From Candidatus Anderseniibacteriota bacterium (GTDB lineage Bacteria > Patescibacteriota > Andersenbacteria > UBA10190), in contig JBBDOX010000016.1 of assembly GCA_040876835.1 (NCBI GenBank), positions 98,875-162,874 of the forward strand: 64,000 bases of DNA. Direction: 5' to 3'. Positions 59,750 to 64,000 of this stretch are shown here, piece by piece (the stretch's first letter is position 1; every line of letters begins with the position of its first letter). Both the position numbers and the translations under genes were made by a program. The notes beneath the pieces were generated by a model, which had not been told where the DNA came from, ran no database searches, and saw nothing but the letters and a program-made list of their open reading frames with translations.

Positions 59750-61740
59750 CGTAGCCGTATAGCAAGATTACCTTCTCTTACGTCACTGTCAGTAATACTT
59801 CCGCTTTGCGAAAAGAACATGTTTGAGTTGCGATACTTATGCTCACTAGTGTATCGGACTGTTGGAGCGTTTCCTGTTGCAGTACCAGTAGCATATATTT
59901 CTACAAACACCGCTTGCCCGCTTCGATTGATCGCTTGCGGCAATGGCAAGGTCATCCATTCATCGTTTGCAATATTGCTAACGGGTACCTCCCAACGATG
60001 AAGCAGGTGACCCTGGAGCGCATCTTTAAGTTCGGCAACAAATACGCCCGAGTCAGCTCTGCCGCTGAATGTCGGTACAAGCACATCAATACCCCCGAGT
60101 TGTTCGTGCTCGACTGCTATTTCCTGCCCTACTCTAACCGCTGTTGTAAGCTCGCCCACATGCCGTTCATATGACCGCTGCTCATATACCCAGGCATATT
60201 CCTTACCAGAAATCATAGCGACAAATACTGGCGTTCGTTTGCTGTAATACTGTTCAACCATCTCCGTAGCTGGATGATCAGCAGCTCGCCCGAACATGTT
60301 GCGATACAGCACGACGAATTGATTCTGGGGATGTTCATGGGCGCCGTAGTCCAGAACCTGGGCGGAAGTATATGCCTGGAGCTCCTGCGGATACCACGAA
60401 GCTACAACAGCCTCAGGATGATTTTCCGAAAGCCACAAGCCCACCTGATCCAACCCCTCTCCCCAGCCCAGTTCCTGACTTAGGTTATCGGGGAATATGG
60501 GGTTACTGTACGCAATCTCGTACGGATGGTACTGCCAAACCACTGTTGCGAGATATATCACAGCAGCGCTTATCGGTACTACCGGAGCTATGCGCCAGCG
60601 TTTAATAGCCATGGTGCCAATGCCAAGAAGAGCAGTGGCCGCCAGTATATCCAGCACCGGGTACACTGGCAAAATGTACCGGTCACCTTTCTTTGCTCCC
60701 AGAGTCATCATGAGCACAAAAAATATCACGAACGATACGAGCAGCAGTACCGGGCGACTATCTCGCCCAGCCAACCCCTCTTTTGCAATACGCCAGATAA
60801 TATACAAGACGGCTAGAGTCGCAAATATTAGCGTTACTGGGGTAGTGCGCGTCACCAGTGCTGCCGGATAATGCCAGGGATTTAAAGTATATTCCTCGGC
60901 CATGTGGTGAGGTGTTACGGCAGCAATTGTTAAGTCTCGTCTAATAAGGTTAGCGTTGCCTTCGGGGTTAGGGACGAATATTAAAGCCGGCCAGGTAAAG
61001 AGAATGAGCAATATAATCATAAGCAACCACGCTACCAGGTCACGACTACGTGCCAGCAAAACACGCTTTAAGAATATCTTTTTGTTCTCATACACCAATA
61101 CTGTCAGTAGGAAAAACGGGATGATAAATATGGCAGGAGCCTTAGTGAGAATAGCCGCAGCTGACAACACCCCCGAGATCACCAGCCACCGGCGGGAATA
61201 ACCTTCTTGCGCGTAGATGATGACTGATAAGGCGGCTAATACCAGTAGGCTCGCCAGCAATGCATCCACATGAGCCACACGTGAATATCCAATCAGAAAA
61301 GGATTTAGTGCAATCAGTATCCCAGCAGTACCAGCCAGCAGCTGTGAAATAGACAGACGACGAAGAAAAATATATATCAGTGGAACTGCCAGTGCATTCA
61401 CGAGCGCAATGGGAAATTGAGCTGCCTTTACAAAATGGATGATATTCGCCAGTGAGAACGGCACGTGGCCGATCATCATTTTAACCGCAATAGCTGTGCC
61501 CGACAGCCACATAGTTGTGACCCCAGGATGCGTTGTCTGCAACATGTCATTAAAACGCAGGTCTTTGAACGCTCGCACGAACTCATAGGAGCGTATCATC
61601 CAGTTTTTTTCATCCGCAGTCAGAAAGGACCCAAGATCAAGCAGACGCGGGAGTGCTGCAATGATAAAAATTCCGATGACAATAAGAATGTCACGTTTAT
61701 GAGTGACGTAAAAACGATGGATATGAGTCCGTACCTGCAT
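59695..61740 (-). CDS. GT-C-fold glycosyltransferase, ArnT/PMT_2-like (paralog C, with an extra C-terminal domain)
   Basis: 681 aa. 'LTADEKNW', 'HPGVTTMWL', 'ALNPFLIGYSRVAHVDALL', 'QELGWGEGLDQVGLWLSENHP'. It overlaps the convergent gene by 55 nt. Confidence 0.5.
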   Translation of the reverse strand: MQVRTHIHRFYVTHKRDILIVIGIFIIAALPRLLDLGSFLTADEKNWMIRSYEFVRAFKDLRFNDMLQTTHPGVTTMWLSGTAIAVKMMIGHVPFSLANIIHFVKAAQFPIALVNALAVPLIYIFLRRLSISQLLAGTAGILIALNPFLIGYSRVAHVDALLASLLVLAALSVIIYAQEGYSRRWLVISGVLSAAAILTKAPAIFIIPFFLLTVLVYENKKIFLKRVLLARSRDLVAWLLMIILLILFTWPALIFVPNPEGNANLIRRDLTIAAVTPHHMAEEYTLNPWHYPAALVTRTTPVTLIFATLAVLYIIWRIAKEGLAGRDSRPVLLLVSFVIFFVLMMTLGAKKGDRYILPVYPVLDILAATALLGIGTMAIKRWRIAPVVPISAAVIYLATVVWQYHPYEIAYSNPIFPDNLSQELGWGEGLDQVGLWLSENHPEAVVASWYPQELQAYTSAQVLDYGAHEHPQNQFVVLYRNMFGRAADHPATEMVEQYYSKRTPVFVAMISGKEYAWVYEQRSYERHVGELTTAVRVGQEIAVEHEQLGGIDVLVPTFSGRADSGVFVAELKDALQGHLLHRWEVPVSNIANDEWMTLPLPQAINRSGQAVFVEIYATGTATGNAPTVRYTSEHKYRNSNMFFSQSGSITDSDVREGNLAIRLRYAVGGVLVSEEESRLLR

Positions 61741-61768
61741 GGCGCCAGTGTATCAATATTTGGTTAAT

Positions 61769-61810
61769 AAAAAAATGAAGCCCCGGGTCACAAGGTGCGA
61801 CGCGGGGCTT
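61769..61810 (-). terminator. Rho-independent terminator (minus strand)
   Basis: aagccccg (61778-61785) and cggggctt (61803-61810) form an 8-bp GC-rich stem with a 17-nt loop. On the minus strand it is followed by UUUUUUU (plus-strand A-run at 61769-61775). Confidence 0.45.
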
Positions 61811-61811
61811 A

Positions 61812-61855
61812 CTGCAGGAGAAGGAAATGAACGATCAAATGTATTTCTCCTGCAG
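61812..61855. repeat. Perfect 11-bp inverted repeat: ctgcaggagaa (61812-61822) and ttctcctgcag (61845-61855), with a 22-nt spacer
   Basis: Read directly from the sequence. It lies adjacent to the terminator hairpin. Confidence 0.8.
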
Positions 61856-61856
61856 G

Positions 61857-62460
61857 AATGGTTCCGAAAGAAGAGAGCTCTCCGCCTGTTGCACAGAGGG
61901 CGTGTCGGGTGAGTTTAGCCCGCACAGAGGCCAAAGCTGGTGCACGACAGGCGGAGAGCCGACAGAGGAAGGCCTCCACCCGCCTGCAAAGCACTCCTGA
62001 CAGGAGACACTTCGTGCCGGATGTACTTTGCGGCGACCCACACTAGACGCGGGTCACAGCGGGTGGAGGGTTCGCGACGGGGAGCTCCTGGCGAAAGATC
62101 TTCCCGACGCTATCTGGAAAGACATAGACTCAAGACGTCCACACATGCCGAACAAGTCCGGCAAAGCTTGCTTGGTAGGCCCCCTCAGAACCCTAGGCAA
62201 GCTGTCTTGTCCTATCCTCCTCGAGGAGAGTTAGAGTTACATCTTCCCAAAGTACGTGCGTGATGCAGAGCGCATCACGCGGGCCGGCGGCGCCGGTCAG
62301 TCGCTATTGATGCTCCCACGGCCAGCGTACGACACACGCATTTTGGGGGTCTCCTCTTCCTCTGAGAAATTGAAAGTGGCTAGCTTCTCACCATGAGAAG
62401 CTGCCTGACAAAGGTATAATTTGTTTACACCTAGACTCAGGAATTGTCAATAATGCCGAC
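61857..62460. other. G+C-enriched non-coding region rich in nested helices; candidate structured RNA of unknown class, or decayed remnant
   Basis: No credible ORF (only Arg-rich, SD-less frames). Nested complementary pairs include ctccgcctgt (61880-61889) with acaggcggag (61947-61956), caggcgg with ccgcctg, and agcttctc with gagaagct (62382-62402). Confidence 0.3.
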
Positions 62461-62495
62461 TTACAGTACTAATATTTACCCCTAATAAGCCATTA

Positions 62496-63281
62496 TTATA
62501 TCCCCACTATGCGGAAATGCGACAGTTCAGGGCAAAGGTCCCCAGGAGCTGTTCCTCCTGGTGTTTCCAGGCGCCTATAATGCACCAGCCACTTTGCCTG
62601 TTTAGCATCATCTTCTGGCAGCACAGTCAGTTTTGCATTCGTGTGACTGACATATTGAAGCCGATTCCAGATATGAATGTTTTCACTATATACCGGCCCC
62701 GCATCTTCTAAACATCGGATCAACGACCGGGTGTCAGCCAGGTCAGCTGCAGTATTTGTCCGATTTCCTAACGAAAAATCGTTTACACTACCACCGGTTT
62801 TAACGAACGGTATAAATACTCCAAACAACGTCCAGGCAGATAATCCCACTGTCAGTGTAATTACAAGTATTGTTCGAACGGAGGTTAGTTTGATGAATCT
62901 CTCGACGACTGCCCCCACACCCAACCCTGCCAGAATCCACAACCCCAGAACAAACATAGTGAAGTACCGCAAATTGAGACGATCGATTATATAAAGCAAT
63001 ATACCCAGGTGCAGCATTAGTCCCGCAATCCACAACCATATAGCCTTACGGCGCCACAGCAATACAATTGCCAGCATTGCCAGAGCAATAACAATCCAGC
63101 TAATAATCTGCGTAACTGGAGGGGTGAGCTCTAATCCCGTGTAGTTAGCTATATAGGAAGATCCTGATACATATAACATCCACGCCTCTTTGAAAGCCTG
63201 AGCCCGTTCAGAGAACAGTTCCGCAACCGCACCGGGGTCCCCCTGATCTTCTTTGTATAGTGCCAGGACTACAAACTGCAT
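62496..63281 (-). CDS. Polytopic membrane protein; probable C-terminal half of a split PMT_2/ArnT-like GT-C gene
   Basis: 261 aa. It is in the same frame as 63294-63986, separated by a TGA and 12 nt. Confidence 0.4.
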   Translation of the reverse strand: MQFVVLALYKEDQGDPGAVAELFSERAQAFKEAWMLYVSGSSYIANYTGLELTPPVTQIISWIVIALAMLAIVLLWRRKAIWLWIAGLMLHLGILLYIIDRLNLRYFTMFVLGLWILAGLGVGAVVERFIKLTSVRTILVITLTVGLSAWTLFGVFIPFVKTGGSVNDFSLGNRTNTAADLADTRSLIRCLEDAGPVYSENIHIWNRLQYVSHTNAKLTVLPEDDAKQAKWLVHYRRLETPGGTAPGDLCPELSHFRIVGI

Positions 63282-63293
63282 TGCGAAACCAGC

Positions 63294-63986
63294 TCAGAAT
63301 CCTACCGCAGCTTCAACGAAGCTAACACCAAAAAATTTCAGCTGAAACTTAACTCCCTCTTCCCTTTGATCGAGTGCATCTTTCACAAACACTCCAAGCC
63401 CGACAAGACCAGCAGCAGCAAGTGTCGCCAGGAATATAATGTGGTTAGCCAGACCCAATCCACCCGCAAGACCAGCCCACAACCATTTACGCTTCCAGTT
63501 GCGCAATAGAATATTTAGTATCAAGAATGCAAAGAAAGGAAATAGCGTAATCGTCCAGCCCAGTCGCTGATACAGAATATATATTGGAGTAAACGTAAGA
63601 GCCACGAGGCCATATAACCCCGCCCAGCGACCAAACAGTGTGCGCAATACATATTCGGCCAGCCAGAACGTTGCAAACGAGAAGAACAGCATCGGTAGCC
63701 GTATCGCCAAGGTCGTATAGCCAAACAGCAGGATAAATGGAACCCGCAGGTAATCTATCAGCGGTCCGATGTATGACCGCTCGCCTGTAACAGTGATGCC
63801 TTCGCGGGTAAGCAGCTCGTACACATTTTCCCCCTCCGATCCCTCATCCCCCATCAGGCCAGGGGCACTCGAAATCCACAGCGAATTCATCACTACAAAA
63901 AGCGCAAACACTGCCCAAACGGCTCGACGATACCACATATCTGGAGGGTTCTGAGAGTCCATATCTTCTTGTATACTACAACACAT
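63294..63986 (-). CDS. Polytopic membrane protein; probable N-terminal half of a split PMT_2/ArnT-like GT-C gene
   Basis: 230 aa. The first-loop 'MGDEGSEGENVYELL' DE motif is followed by multiple TM and basic loops. Confidence 0.4.
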   Translation of the reverse strand: MCCSIQEDMDSQNPPDMWYRRAVWAVFALFVVMNSLWISSAPGLMGDEGSEGENVYELLTREGITVTGERSYIGPLIDYLRVPFILLFGYTTLAIRLPMLFFSFATFWLAEYVLRTLFGRWAGLYGLVALTFTPIYILYQRLGWTITLFPFFAFLILNILLRNWKRKWLWAGLAGGLGLANHIIFLATLAAAGLVGLGVFVKDALDQREEGVKFQLKFFGVSFVEAAVGF

Positions 63987-64000
63987 GAAGATATCACGAA

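Noticed and set aside
61940-62263. ORFs of 60-107 aa inside the GC-rich region (61858-62046, 61940-62263, 62028-62234)
   Set aside because: They are Arg-, Pro- and Gly-rich translations typical of random high-GC sequence. They have no SD, and they overlap each other in different frames.
61857-62460. RNase P RNA or tmRNA in the GC-rich non-coding region
   Set aside because: AAGUCCGG and CAGAACCC resemble the two P4 halves of RNase P. However, they lie about 45 nt apart instead of more than 250 nt, and the flanking bases cannot form P4. A 'GGGUUCGCGACGGGGAGCUCC' segment lacks a complementary T-stem, so it is not a tmRNA or tRNA 3' end. It is left as an unclassified candidate.
62496-63986. UGA recoding (alternative genetic code) as the explanation for the in-frame TGA
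   Set aside because: TGA clearly terminates other genes here (for example 11034-11501 ends in TGA at 11499-11501). Long ORFs throughout the window are intact under the standard code, so a global reassignment is unlikely.
1-64000. Mobile elements, integrase or transposase, and phage genes
   Set aside because: No ORF has transposase, integrase or recombinase-like motifs. No terminal inverted repeats flank any segment. The only compositional anomalies are short GC-enriched islets, which are listed as findings.

Overview
Gene-dense bacterial window of roughly 50% G+C by eye, with no rRNA, tRNA, CRISPR array, transposase or integrase found. Genes sit in tightly packed operons on both strands, and many start and stop codons overlap (ATGA and TAATG junctions). 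The left edge (1-2.6 kb) carries peptidoglycan genes: the 3' end of murF, a DegT-type sugar aminotransferase, and a FemAB-family transferase. Almost all of the rest (about 3-64 kb) is one very large cell-envelope glycan biosynthesis island. It holds about 17 cytoplasmic glycosyltransferases of families GT2, GT4 and GT9. Three of the GT2 enzymes are Dpm1/GtrB-like polyprenyl-phosphate-sugar synthases. There are three class I SAM methyltransferases. Lipid-linked glycan translocation is covered by two Wzx-type flippases (one fused to a GT4 domain) and a MurJ. Other envelope genes are a Wzy_C/O-antigen-ligase-like protein, a CE4 polysaccharide deacetylase, a TagB/TagF-like enzyme, a NUDIX hydrolase, a SpoIID/LytB-like secreted protein and a YfiH/PgeF-like protein. 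Most striking are about 12 large polytopic membrane proteins with GT-C-like architecture: ArnT/PMT_2-like proteins carrying a DE motif, and YfhO-like proteins. Among them is a paralogous triad that shares the motifs HPGVTTxWL, ALDPFLIAHxRVxHTD and GWGEGLEEA. Other notable items are one GT-C gene split by a single in-frame TGA (62496-63986), a perfect in-frame 33-bp tandem repeat in a small coiled-coil gene (2841-2917), a self-contained small gene with its own promoter and terminator (11533-11927), and a roughly 0.7-kb G+C-enriched, helix-rich non-coding region (61741-62495) that I could not assign to a known RNA family. The envelope genes (FemAB, SpoIID, YfhO-like, TagF-like, MurJ) suggest a monoderm-type organism, but this is inference only.
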